DNA from: Narcine bancroftii
Taxonomy: Eukaryota
Length of the DNA stretch: 64,000 bases
Reading direction: 5' to 3'
Assembly (NCBI RefSeq): GCF_036971445.1
Contig: NC_091473.1
Location: 181,784,001-181,848,000 of the forward strand
Each line of letters begins with the position of its first letter. Positions within the stretch are counted from its first letter, which is position 1. Below the pieces are notes generated by a model, which was not told the origin of the DNA, ran no database searches, and saw nothing but the letters and a program-made list of their open reading frames with translations. Below are positions 1 to 11,870 of this stretch, piece after piece. Made by a program: the position numbers and the translations under genes.

Positions 1-514
1 GCTTCCCCCTCCCCACCCACGTCTATTAGCTTCAAGCAGTGGAGGAGGGGGAGAGGAAAGCAAGGGGGTGGGAATCAGCAGCAAATAAAACGATTGCACT
101 CTGGTGAGCTGGGCTGTGAGCTCTGCTGTTAGAGCAAGTGGGGGGGGTAGTGTTTGGACAGGCCTTTTGGCTCAAGAGTCCATGCTGCCCCTCAGTCCAT
201 TGGCACCTATCTCTCTGCATTTTCGTTAGCTCCTCTATCCTCCCCCCTTCCCCAGTGCATTGGGGCAGCAGAAACAGCAGGAACCCTGGCTGATTCCCCA
301 TCCTCCAACCCTGGGGTCACTGGGCAGTGAAGGGGAGCAGGGACCCTGGCTGATTTCTTCCCCCCTCTAACCCTGGGGTCACTGGGCAGGGACAGGGAGC
401 AGTGACCCTGGTGCCAGTGTGTGGACAATGGGAGAGAACTACTGAAGTTGGGTTGGGGAGGGTGTTGGCGATAATGGGGTAGGGTTACTGCCCCAGACAC
501 CCCATCTCTTGTCC

Positions 515-596
515 TCACTGCCGCTCGAACATTTCCTTGAGTATCTTCATGCTCTCCCGGTATCGGTGCTGGTTCCTGTGTGAGGAGTCCCTCCAT
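515..596 (-). CDS. LIN37: LIN37 terminal coding exon (WRDSSHRNQHRYRESMKILKEMFERQ*)
   Basis: aacag| acceptor; TGA at 517-515; conserved C-terminus. Confidence 0.95.
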
Positions 597-649
597 CTGT
601 TGGAGAGAGTGAGTCGGGGGCTCAGTACCATCACTGGTATCGCTAAATC

Positions 650-1022
650 CGTGGGGAGTGAGGGGGAAGAGGTGGGGTCTGTGGGGGGGCAACAGGGAAG
701 GGGTCTGCGGGGAGTGAGGGGAAAGGGGTCCGCGGGGAGTGAGGGGAAAGGGGTCTGCGGAGAGTGAGGGGAAAGGGGTCCGTGGAGAGTGAGGGGAAAG
801 GGGTGGGGTCTGCAGGGAGTGAAGGGGAAGGGGTGGGGTCTGCGGGGAGTGAGGGGGGAAGGGGTGGGGTCTGCGGGGAGTGAGGGGGAAGGGGTGGGGT
901 CTGCGGGGAGTGAGGGGGGAAGGGGTGAGGAGTGAGGGGGGAAGGGGTGGGGTCTGCGGGGAGTGAGGGGGAAGGGGTGGGGTCTGCGGGGAGTGAGGGG
1001 GAAGGGGTGGGGTCCACGGGGA
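650..1022. repeat. ~30-bp G-rich minisatellite (ggggagtgagggggaaggggtggggtctgc) in the last LIN37 intron
   Basis: About 12 tandem units with four G-runs each. Confidence 0.9.
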
Positions 1023-1048
1023 AGGAGTCCTCCCCAGGAAGAACGTAC

Positions 1049-1122
1049 CTCTGGCGGATCTTCTTCCAGCGCTCCATATGGTGGTAGAGGAGAGTGGGGA
1101 CCCCAGGGGCAGCTGAGCGGCC
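1049..1122 (-). CDS. LIN37: LIN37 coding exon 8 (GRSAAPGVPTLLYHHMERWKKIRQR)
   Basis: ttccag| acceptor, |gtacgt donor. Confidence 0.93.
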
Positions 1123-1428
1123 CTGGAATTAAAGCAGGACTAGCGTGAGGTGGGTAAACCAGGCTGGACATGGAGAATACCACCATCCCCGGCCATGGTG
1201 AATGGGACCCATCCCTTTGAGTGGGAGCCGTCCCCGTGAGTGGAACCCATCTCTGAGTGGGGTGTGGGGGACCCAATCCCCATGCAGGGTAAGTAGGACC
1301 CGTCCATGTGAATGGGATCCATCCCTGTGAGGGGTGTTGGGGACCCGTCCCTGTGCAGGGTGAGTCAGACCCCCCTCTTCTGTCCCCAGTTGCCACGTAA
1401 GCCAGACTCCTCTCCTGCCCCTGGTTAC

Positions 1429-1572
1429 CATGTTGATGTTCAGCGGTGTGTCCGTGGTGGGTAGGGGTGAGGGAATGCGAAGGCTGACCGAGGGCGACCC
1501 GGTACTGGATGGGTGTGGTGCTGGATCCGGGAGTTTGTACACATCCTGGGTCTTCCCATTCAGCTCTCCCAC
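1429..1572 (-). CDS. LIN37: LIN37 coding exon 7 (VGELNGKTQDVYKLP...RIPSPLP...NM)
   Basis: cag| acceptor, |gtaacc donor, phase 0-0; DVYKLP and RIPSP conserved. Confidence 0.92.
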
Positions 1573-1959
1573 CTGGGATTGGGTGGGGGGGGGTGGAAGG
1601 AAGCATAAGGTTAGCGCCAGCTCTGCCCGAGGTCAGCGTGTGAGTCTCCCATTCTCCCCGGACCAGCGAGGGAGCCTCCCCTTCTCCCCCATCCCATCAC
1701 CCCCTTCACCCAGTTATCACCCATCATTCCAGTCAGTCACCTTAGACACCTGCCTGATCCGTTCCTATGCCTTGACCCCAGAGATGCCACCATTGCTGGA
1801 CAGCCCTACTCACCTTGACCCCCTCTCCTTGTCGTTGACCCTTAGCTAATCCTGTCCTTGCCTTTAAATTTAGGCATACAGCACTGTAACAGACCCTTTT
1901 GACCCACAAGCCCGTGCCACCCAGATACACCCAAATTAACCTGCAACCCTTCTACATTT

Positions 1960-4870
1960 TAGAACATAAAACACAGTACACCCCCTTCGGCCCACCATGC
2001 TGTGCTGACCCATATATTCCTTTTTTTTTAAAGTACTAACCCCCCCCCCCACCCCAGTAACCCTCTATTTTTGTTTCATCCATGTGCCTGACTCAGAGTC
2101 TCTTAAACTCCCTAATGTTCCACCCTCCACCACAATCCCTGGCAAGGCATTCCAGGCCCCCACACCTCTCAGTAAAAAAAAACTCTGATGTCTCCCCTCA
2201 ACTTCCCTCCCTTCACCTTGTACAGATGTCCTCTGGTGTTTGCTGACCCTGCCCTGGGGAACAGGTGTTGGGTGTCCAACCTATCTCTGCCTCTCATAAT
2301 CTTGTCGACCTCTAGTAAATCTCCGATCATCCTTTCACATTTCAGAGAAAAAAGTCCCAGCTCTGTTCAGAAGACATTTTCCAATCCAGGCAACATCCTG
2401 GTGAATCTCCTCTGCCCCCTCTCCACAGCTTCCAGATCCTTCCGATGAGACAACAAGAAGTGAACACAATCCTCCAAGTGGGGTCTCACCAGAGATTTGT
2501 AAAGTTGTAACATGACTTCTCGACTCCTCAACTTAAATCCCCTATTAATGAAGCCCAGCGTCCCATAGGCCTTCTGAACTATCCTGTCAACCTGGGCGGC
2601 GACCTTGAGGGCTGTATGGATTTGGGCCCCAACGACCCTGTTCATCCACACTCTTAAGAAACCGACCATTAACCCTGTCCTCAGGCATCTGGTTTGTCCT
2701 TCCAAAATGCATCACCTGGCCCTGATCCAGATTGAACTCCATCTGCTACTTCGCCTGACTCTGCATCCTGTCCAGATCCTTTTGTTAACTTCGACCACCT
2801 TTGACTCCATCCACGACTCCTCCAACCTTCGTGTCACCCACAAACTCACTGACCCATCTGTCTGCCTCTTCACCTGGGTCATTTATAAAAATCACAGAGA
2901 GCAGGGGGTCCCAGAACAGACCCCTGCAGTCCCTCCACTAGTCACTGACCTCCAGGCAGATACTTCCCTTCCACTACTGCTCTCTGCTTTCTTCCTACAA
3001 TCCAGGTTTTTCATCCACAAGGCCAAGGTTCCACTGATCTGGTGTCTCTTGACTTTCTGATGAGTATCTTGTGGGGAACCTTGTCAAATGCCTCGCTAAA
3101 ACCCACATAGACCACGTCAATTTCTCTTGTTACCTCCTCAAAAATCTCAATTAGGCTTGTGAGGCATGACCTTCCCTTTGCAAAGCCCTGCCAATCACCC
3201 TTGAGTAGACTGGACTCCTCCAAATGCTCATAGACCCTGTCCTTCAGAATCCTCCCCATTAGTTTGCCCCCCCACTGACGTCAGGCTCATCGGTCCAGGA
3301 TTCTATTTAAACAAGGCGACTACATTTGCCGTTCTCCAATCCTCCGGCACCTCCCCTGTGGCCAAAGAGGACTCAAAGATCATAGCTACTGCCCCAACTC
3401 TCTCTTCCCTCAGCAGCCTTGATTATATTGCGTCTGGCCCCGGGGACTTAACAATCTTGATGTTTTTAAGAAGATCCAATACTTCCTCTCCACACTGTCC
3501 AGCACACAGGCCTGTTCTATTGTGGCCTCACCCTGATCAAGGTCCTTTCACTTGCGAATACTGAAGCAAACTGAGGTCCTCCATCAGCCAGCTCCCCACC
3601 ATGACTACCAGCCCCCCCACATCTCCATCGGGCACACAAAACTCAAAACGGTCAACCAGTTTACCTATCTCGGCTGCACCATTTCATCAGATGCAAGGAT
3701 CGACAATGAGATAGACAACAGACTCGCCAAGGCAAATAGCGCCTTTGGAAGACTACACAAAAGAGTCTGGAAAAACAACCAACTGAAAAACCTCACAAAG
3801 ATAAGCGTATACAGAGCCGTTGTCATACCCACACTCCTGTTCGGCTCCGAATCATGGGTCCTCTACCGGCACCACCTACGGCTCCTAGAACGCTTCCACC
3901 AGCGTTGTCTCCGCTCCATCCTCAACATCCATTGGAGCGCTTTCATCCCTAACGTCGAAGTACTCGAGATGGCAGAGGTCGACAGCATGCTGAAGATCCA
4001 GCTGTGCTGGGTGGGTCACGTCTCCAGAATGGAGGACCATCGCCTTCCCAAGATCGTGTTATATGGCGAGCTCTCCACTGGCCACCGTGACAGAGGTGCA
4101 CCAAAGAAAAGGTACAAGGACTGCCTAAAGAAATCTCTTGGTGCCTGCCACATTGACCACCGCCAGTGGGCTGATAACGCCTCAAACCGTGCATCTTGGC
4201 GCCTCACAGTTTGGCGGGCAGCAACCTCCTTTGAAGAAGACCGCAGAGCCCACCTCACTGACAAAAGGCAAAGGAGGAAAAACCCAACACCCAACCCCAA
4301 CCAACCAATTTTCCCTTGCAACCGCTGCAATCGTGTCTGCCTGTCCCGCATCGGACTTGTCAGCCACAAACGAGCCTGCAGCTGACGTGGACTTTTTACC
4401 CCCTCCATAAATCTTCGTCCGCGAAGCCAAGCCAAAGAAGAGACTGAAGCAAAGTATTCATTTAGGACATCCCAAACCTCCAGGCACGTTGCCTCCTTTA
4501 TCCTTTAGCGGCCCCACCTTCACTCTCACCTTGGGAGATCTCCTTAATCCTACATGCCAAAGCCTTCTCGTGCCCCCTTCAAACTCTCCTGTCCTTTCTT
4601 AAACTCCTTCCACGTCTTTCTCACGAGCCTTTCTGCTTCCTACATCTAATGTATGCTTCCTTCTTGTCTTGACCAGTTCCCTGACCTGTTTTGCCAGCCA
4701 CAGTTCCCCTTTTCCTACCACCTTTTCCTAGACCCAGTGGGACCAACCTTATCCTAAACCCAGCACGTGGTCCCAAAACTTCCTCCACGTTACTTCTGTA
4801 CTTTCACCCTTGACCATCGGCTTCCAGTTTATTCTCGCTAGTTCCTGCCTCATCCCTTCATAATTAGCCC
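1960..4870 (-). mobile_element. Degenerate CR1-type LINE (ORF2 RT to 3' end), interrupted by an RTE insertion
   Basis: Minus-strand fragments QGFAKGRSCLTSL, AFDKVPH, LYKSLVRPHLEDC, QRRFTRMLPGLE; frameshifted. Confidence 0.88.
3571..4442 (+). mobile_element. 5'-truncated RTE-clade LINE with 11-bp target-site duplication
   Basis: ORF 3552..4385 (FTYLG, RLAKANSAFGRL, HQRCLRSIL, C-terminal CxxC...H...C); short GAA-rich tail; actgaagcaaa at 3560-3570 and 4443-4453. Confidence 0.92.
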
Positions 4871-4933
4871 TTCCCCAGTGAAGCCCCTCCCCATTTTATC
4901 TGCTTTTCCTCCCCCCCCAGCTCCTACCCCTAC

Positions 4934-5100
4934 CTCCTCATCCTCCGGAGCAGTGGGCAGATGTGGGGTGAGGCTGTGGTCTCCCTCGCGTAGGGAGGGC
5001 TTGTTCCTCATCCAAGCCCTGCAGATGGGGTAGAGGGGAGCGCCCTCGGCGAATTGGGCCAGGTCTACACTGCGGTCAAACAGCTTCATGGTGTAGGCAT
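4934..5100 (-). CDS. LIN37: LIN37 coding exon 6 ([16 protein letters not shown]...CRAW...PEDEE)
   Basis: acag| acceptor, |gtaggg donor; conserved CRAW region. Confidence 0.96.
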
Positions 5101-5483
5101 CTGTGTAGAGGGAGAGTAGCTGGTTACAGTGGCACCGTCAACACCTGTTATGAGGGGGGGGTGGGTGCTTCATCACCACTGGTTATGGGGGCACTGCCGG
5201 TTGCAGGGGCACGATCACCACCATTTCAGGGGCACTGTCCGTTACAGGGGCACTGTTATCATCAATAACTCCCGTCCCGGACAGTGTCCCCAACTTCTAT
5301 TGCACCCCACCTGCGGTAGCCACCCTCTCAGGTCACTTCACTGTTTCAGCCCTTCCCTCCCCCAGCTCGGCGCCCAGCTCAATGAGCTCAGTTGCCCCCC
5401 CCCAACCGATGCCACCCTGCCCTGCTCCAGCCCCCTCCCCAGGCTCCTAATCGGGAGGGGTTTGGTGACACCGTACTCCTTAC

Positions 5484-5569
5484 TAGGTCTCTGTAGGGCT
5501 CCCTCGCATCCGCCATCTTCCATCTCCTTCCTCTTCTTTCTCCGCTGGTGGGGGAACCGTGTGGAGACG
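5484..5569 (-). CDS. LIN37: LIN37 coding exon 5 (VSTRFPHQRRKKRKEMEDGGCEGALQRP)
   Basis: tttag| acceptor, |gtaagg donor; conserved basic motif. Confidence 0.94.
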
Positions 5570-5802
5570 CTAAAGGGGGAGGGGCAGCTAGTCAGAGAGA
5601 GGTGAGGGAGGGGATGGGCCACGGGGGAGGGGAAGGGTGAGCGTCAGGGAGGGGGCAGGCGAAGGAAGAGGGCAGACAACGAAGAGAGGGGGCGGGCAAT
5701 AGTTAGGTGACGGGTGGGGGAGGGGGCAGTGATGAGGAGGGCTGGGGAAGAGTTAGGTGACGAGGGAGGGCTGCCCCCACTCCAGTGGATCCTCCCACTT
5801 AC

Positions 5803-5832
5803 CGCTTTCCTGTTGCTGGCGAGGAACAGTCC
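5803..5832 (-). CDS. LIN37: LIN37 coding exon 4 (30-nt, DCSSPATGKR)
   Basis: tttcag| acceptor, |gtaagt donor; resembles human DCSIAATGKR. Confidence 0.9.
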
Positions 5833-6356
5833 CTGAAACAGGAGCGGAGACCCTCAGTGTTGCAGAGACCACCCTCCCTGGTCCTTCCTCCCCCCTACCC
5901 CCAACCACCCTCCCTCCTTCTGTTCCTCCCTCCCTCCCCAAACCTCTCCCCATCTCCATCCCTCTCCCATCTGGCACCCTCCCTCCTCTCCCCCCCACCC
6001 ACCCATCCATATCCATACTTCATCTCCTTTTCCCCTTCCCCATCCCAATCTCTTACCCTCCATGCCCCATTCCCTCTCCCACCTCACACGCATCATTCCA
6101 GATGCTTCCCACAATGCTAATCTCATCTCCCCACCCCCCCACCACGGTTTCTCTCTCCCTCAGTGATCTCACCCATCCCCTGCTCCAACCCCAAGGGATC
6201 CAACCTCCTGGCTTGCATCCCTCGAGTAGGAGGAGGATGCGGGGGTGGGGAGAGTGGAGGGAAGCAGGTTGGGATGAATAGGAGCAGCTTCCCCATGTTG
6301 GAGCGTCCAACCCCCACCCCGCACACAGAGCTGGTAGTCCACCAGCGCCCACTCAC

Positions 6357-6410
6357 TTGGTCTGGAGTTCACACATGGCTGGTTTCACAGCCTCACTTTC
6401 AGTCTGGTCC
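6357..6410 (-). CDS. LIN37: LIN37 coding exon 3 (DQTESEAVKPAMCELQTK)
   Basis: ctccag| acceptor, |gtgagt donor, phase 2-2. Confidence 0.85.
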
Positions 6411-8742
6411 CTGGAGAGATGGAGGGAAAGGGAGGGGAGGTTAGATGAAGCAGAGAGTCAGCCCTGACACCCCCCCCCCAGCAGACCCCACCCCTCCCAT
6501 GGAATTAAAGTCACAATGTAGCACCTCCCCACTGCCTTTGGAATTGCAGCCGACTCATACCACCCTCCCCCTCCCATTGGGAAGGTGGTGAGATTGCCCA
6601 CCCGCAGTTTGAATTAGTTTCTTTCCTGCTGTTATCAGACTCCTGAATGAACCTCACCCCAGTAACACGATGCTGCCTGTACTCTGTTCGAACCGAACTC
6701 TACCCTGTGTTTATTACATATAGGTTACAACCACAGAACACTGGAATGCAGATACAGGCCCCTACGACCTGTACTAAACTATTACTCTACCTTGTCCAAC
6801 TGACTTGTACCCAGTCCATCCCCCTTCCATCCATGGACCTGGCCAAATTCTTCTTAAATGTTAAAATTGAGCCCACATTCACCACCTCCGCTCGTTCCAC
6901 ACTCCCACCCCTCTTAACCCATGTCCTCTGGTTTGTAGCTCACCCACACTCAGTGGGAAAAGCCGACCTACATTTACTCTGTCTCTCCCCCTCATCATTT
7001 TGTACACCCCCCTCATTCATCTGAGAAGGGAAGAAATAAGAGCAGGCCATTTGGCTTGTTGAGCCTGCTATTCCATGAAAGCTCGTGGCTGATCTGGCCA
7101 TGGGCTTGGCTCCATTTCTCCACCTGGCCTCCCCCCCACCCCCCCTACCAAAACCCTTAAATTTCAAACTGTGTAAAACTCTCTCTCGCCCTCCCTGGTA
7201 TAAATACTTTGGCTGCTTCTCAGGCAGGGAATCCCATAGATTCATACCTCTCTTGGAGAAGCAGTTCCTCCTCCTCTCCATCCTAAATCTCCTCTACATC
7301 AGTGAGACCAAATGTGACCGCTTTGCTCTCTGGAGGTTGTCTTGAGTTTTATTCAGGTAATTCCACCTCCTCCATCTTGGTCTTTGTAAAGGGTTCAGAC
7401 CCAAAACATTCTCTGACCATTTCCCCCGACAAATGTGGTGAGTTCCTCCAGCAAGATTCCAACGTTTGCAGCTTTTGTGTCTCCCTCTTACATCTGCACC
7501 CCGAATCTTGATGCCGTGTCTCATTCGCTTTCTTAACCACACTATCAACCTGTGCACCAGCTGTGAGTGACCCCAAGATCGCGCTGCTCAGAGTCCTCCT
7601 GTTAACATTGTGTTCTGCTGTCAAATCTGTCCGACTGAAATGAACCATCTCACACATTTCTGCGTTAAATTCCAGCTGCCACCTCTCAGCCTAGCTCTGC
7701 ATCCTATCAATATCAATGTAATTTTAAATGTCATCCATAAGAAACAGGAGCAGAGATAGGCCATTCAGTCCATCGAGTCTGCCTTGCCATTTAATCATGA
7801 GCTGATCCATTTTTCCACTCAGCCCCACTTCCTGACCTTCTCCCCATTACTTTCGATGCCCTGGCTCAAGAACCTGCTTTAAATGCACCCGATGACCTGG
7901 CCTCCACAAGCACCCGTGGCAACAAGTTCCACATGCCGGACGCCCATCAGTCCTGAAGTTGTGCCCTCCTGTCCTGGACTCTGCCACCATGGAGGACAAC
8001 CTTTCTACATCTACCCTGTCCACACATTTCAAGGAGATTTCCACCCCCACCCCCGCCCATTCAAGCCAAGAGCCATCAAACGCTCCTCGTATGATGACCC
8101 TTTCATTCCTGGAATCATCCTAGTGAATCTCCTCTGAACCCTCTCCAACGTCAGCGCATCCTTTCATAAATGAGGAGCCCAAAACTGTTCACGATGCTCC
8201 ATGTGAGGTCTCACCAGCTTCAACGTCCTATCCCTCTTCATATTCTATTCCTCTTGAAATCCTTCCCAACTTCAACCAGTGAAGTCTCAGGCCACAAAAT
8301 TTCTTCTCTTACGAGGTGATATGGTTAGCGTAATGGTTAGATCAGGGCTTTTAGAGTGCCAGTGACCCAGGTTTGAATCCAGCGCTGTCTGTAAAGAGTT
8401 TGTACATCCTCCCCATGGGTTCCCTCCGAGTGCTCCAGTTCCAACAACGTACATTGGCTTCATTGAACTTGAGCAGGGCAGGCTCGTGGGCCAGAAGGGC
8501 CTGTCACTGTGCTGAATCTCTTTATTCCCACATTCATGCTGGTGAAAGTCGAGCAGGCTGTCAGGACTGCACACCAAACGGGTTTTCACCATGTATATGA
8601 CCACCGTGTGAGGGTTTGCTGACGGGGGATGGACTCTGCCCGGCCTTACAAGAGGAGTGGATCACCCTCACGACCCCATCTACGCCCAACCCCCGGATTA
8701 AGCTCGAGCAGATGTATGCCCACCCCCCTCCCCTCCAACTAC

Positions 8743-8818
8743 CTCTCCACGTCAGTCTTCTCCACAAGGTTCTGCAGGACGGCATCCAGCCGATTACGGG
8801 CGGTGGACGCCTCCAGAT
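8743..8818 (-). CDS. LIN37: LIN37 coding exon 2 (DLEASTARNRLDAVLQNLVEKTDVER)
   Basis: tag| acceptor, |gtagtt donor, phase 1-2. Confidence 0.93.
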
Positions 8819-9220
8819 CTATAAGGGGTGGGGAAGAAATGAGGTAAGGGTGAGAGATGAGGGTGGGGAGATCACCAGAGGTTAACGGCAGGTGGTCTGG
8901 GAGGGAGAGCCCAAGGGGTAGCTCAACGGAGGGAGTTCTGCAGGGCTTGCAGAGGGAAATCTGAGGGACAGGGGAGATCAGCTGGGTAAGGTCCAGGAGA
9001 AGGGGGAGGGTCTAAGGGGAGGTCAGTGGGTGAGGGTCCAGGAGGTGGAAGGAGATCGGCAGGGGAAGGTCTTGGAGAAGGAGGGAGATTGGTGGGGGAG
9101 GGTCCAGGGGCTGGCTGTAATCCCCAGAGAAAGGGACAGCGTTGACCTGGAATGTGAGTGGGCAAAATTCCCTGGGAGACAGGGAGGGTCATGGGGGAGA
9201 TGGTCCCTGTTCCCTCTTAC

Positions 9221-9254
9221 CTGATTTCTCCGTCTTAACTTTCACCGACAGCAT
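9221..9254 (-). CDS. LIN37: LIN37 coding exon 1 (MLSVKVKTEKS)
   Basis: ATG at 9254; donor G|gtaaga; resembles human MFPVKVKVEKS. Confidence 0.92.
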
Positions 9255-10134
9255 GCTGGCTCTGCGAGATCTCATCAACACCACCGAAGAGGTGAGAGGG
9301 GCTGGTATCAGACGCCTGAATGGGGGAACGTGAGGGGCAGGGAGAGACATAGAGGCAGAGTCTGAGAAACGAGGAACTATCCAGGTTGTGGTCTGGGGTC
9401 TGAAGTGAAGGCAGGGAGTTCCCTCCAGGTTAACCTGCAAAGTGTAGTCAGCTGTGAGGAAGGCAAAAGCAATTTCAGGAGTACTGGTACCTAGTGGAAT
9501 TCTTTGAAGAAGTGACAAGTTGTCTAGATAAAGGAGATGCAGTGGATGTTGTATATTTGGATTTTCAGAAGGCCTCTGAAAAGGGGCCACACATGAAGCT
9601 ACTTGTGAAGAGCCCATGGTGTAACAGGAAACATACTAGCAAGGGTAGAGCATTGGCTGCTTGGTAGGAAGCAGAGTCCGGATACAGGGGTCAGATTCTC
9701 TCAGTTGCTAGTGGTGCTCGGGACCTTTCGTTTTATGTTGTTTCAATGATTTAGATTATGGAATTAATAGTTTTGTGGCCAAGTTTGCAGGTGATGCGGA
9801 GGTAGGTGGAGGAGCAGAATTTCGCTCCGCCTGGTCAGTCCACAACCCAGAGGAATGAACAGAGAAATTACAAGTAATGTGTACCCCCTTTCTTTTTCCT
9901 TACCACATCCACTCTCCCCTTGCCTCCATTTATTTGTCCTATTTCACACTTACCCCAAACCCCTTCCCCCACCTTCGTCTTTGGTTTCATTTTCCCTACC
10001 ACTTCTACCTGCAACAGCGAGGACCTCCCAGTGACCAACCAGCAAGAGAGAGAGAGCGTAAGCTAGCAGAAACTGGAGACGTTGATGTCAATGCCATCCG
10101 GTGGGAGGAGCAACACCTAAAAGTCTGTCTGGGC

Positions 10135-11240
10135 ACCCTCGACTGCATCGCCAGATCCAGCTCTAACTGTGTCATCAGGTTTGCAGATGACACAACAGCT
10201 GTCGGCCTCATCAGCAACAACGAGGAGTCACAGTACATAGAAGAGGGAGGAAAATCTCGTGAAATGGTGCGAGAATAACAAGCCGAGTCTCAACGTGGAT
10301 AAAATGAAGGAGATGATCGCGGCCGTCAGGAGGAACAGGAACGACCACCCTCTGCTATACGTCAACAACTCTGTGGTGGAGAGAGTGGAGAACACCGTTA
10401 CTTGGAGTTTACTTCACTAGTGACCTATCATGGACACACATCTCCTCACTTGTCAGGAAAGGGCAACAGAGACTGAACTTCCTGAGAAGACTGAGTTGGG
10501 CCAGGCTACCGGCTGCCACCTCGTCAACCTTCTACAGGAGCTCTATCGAGAGCGTCCTGGCTGGGCTGCATCACAGAGCAGGGACGGTTACTGCAGAGAA
10601 ACGGATCGGAGGTCAATCCACAGAACCAGAAGAGCAGCAGAGAGGGTCACTGGAGTCTTCCCCCCATCCCATCCCATCTCACCAATTGACGTGATCTGCT
10701 GTTGTCTGAAGAGACCCCATTCCACAGCTTCTTTCAGGACCTTATTTAAACAACCTCCAAATGCAGGACCTTTTGTAAACACAGCCCCTTCCCCAAACGC
10801 AGGACCCCACACAAAAAGCCCCACAGGACCCTGTGTAAACACAGCCCCCGACTCCTCTGTCTTATTGTCCATACAGGGTTTGCCTGGAGGAGTCTGTGTT
10901 TACATAAGGGTTGTATATTTGGGTTGAGGGGTATGCATTTGTGCGAAGGGCAGAAGGGATCCACAACGAGGCGGAGGCAGCTGCCGGGGAGAGGGAAAGA
11001 GACGCAGGAAGATCAGAGCCAGGCCGAGGAACATCTTCCCACGGGCAGTGAGAATGCTGAACGCCCAAAGGAACTGCTCACGCTGACCCTCCAAGACCCT
11101 CATATTCACGAAACAATATTTATTTATTTGTACAGATGAAAGACTTGTCCTGCATGTGTATTGTGTGTCCTGTCTGGTTGTGCGTCTGCATGTTTTGCAC
11201 CGAGGACTGGAGAATAGTTTTGTTGAGTTGGACAATCAAG
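10135..11240 (+). mobile_element. Rex1/Babar-like LINE fragment (RT C-terminus and 3' end), interrupted
   Basis: Translation IRFADDTTAVGLISNNEESQY, NVDKMKEMI; 3' UTR similar to the antisense copy at 39800-40150. Confidence 0.75.
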
Positions 11241-11439
11241 GTGACCATAAATTTGATTAGAGAATGATGAATTCTGTCACTCGCAGAAAGGGAAGCAAAA
11301 TAGTAAAGGTAAAAAGGTAAAGTTTCCATTATTGTCACGTAATACTACATTTAAAATGCAACAGGCATGAAATTCTTTGTCTATTATGAGAGTCACCACT
11401 TGGTCCAGGTACCCTCACGTGGTTTGATGGGCACGGTCT

Positions 11440-11870
11440 ATCAGCCCCATTGACAGGACTGCCGTCGTTTTGCGGCTGCGCAGTGATCATCGCAGCGGTC
11501 GCGGATTGTCCCCTTCTTTCCACCCCCCCCTCCCATCTCCCTTCCCCTCGTAGTGGCGACCATACGTATCGACCCCGGACTGCCCGCTCGACCGAGTGAT
11601 TCCGCGCCGTCTCCCCACTGCTCACCCGAACCCCTCCTTCGGCTCCGACTGCGACGACGTCCCGCACCCGCCCCAACCGTCGCCGGTTCCATCCGCTGAT
11701 TGGCTGCGCGCTCTCGTGACGCAATTCCTCACGGTAGCTGGTGGGTCCCGCCCCCTACTTCTCCCCTCAGGGTGACCCCCGCGCGCAATGACGTCATGGG
11801 TGCGTGACGTCAGGCGGCGGTTGGACGGTTGAGTGCGAGCGGGATGGAGAGAGCAGCCGGGTTTGCGTTT
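11440..11870. promoter_or_regulatory. CpG-rich bidirectional promoter for LIN37 (-) and PROSER3 (+)
   Basis: Strongest CpG-dense stretch in the left half; ATTGG (CCAAT) 11699-11703; two perfect CRE sites TGACGTCA at 11789-11796 and 11805-11812; minus-strand donor GG|gtgagc at 11625 (putative LIN37 5'UTR exon); candidate PROSER3 start ATG at 11844 with a weak donor at 11861. Confidence 0.8.

Larger units (their letters stand above)
515..9254 (-). other. LIN37: LIN37 gene span (MuvB/DREAM complex subunit), complete CDS in 9 exons, 747 nt / 248 aa
   Basis: complement(join(515..596,1049..1122,1429..1572,4934..5100,5484..5569,5803..5832,6357..6410,8743..8818,9221..9254)); all introns GT-AG and phases consistent; motifs [73 protein letters not shown] match vertebrate LIN37. 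Confidence 0.96.

Noticed and set aside
515-1606. 363-aa ORF as a single-exon gene
   Set aside because: Only the last 82 nt are LIN37 coding in this frame; the rest is intron, minisatellite and out-of-frame exon.
3552-4385. 277-aa ORF as a host gene
   Set aside because: It is the C-terminal part of an RTE LINE ORF2, 5'-truncated and flanked by a TSD.
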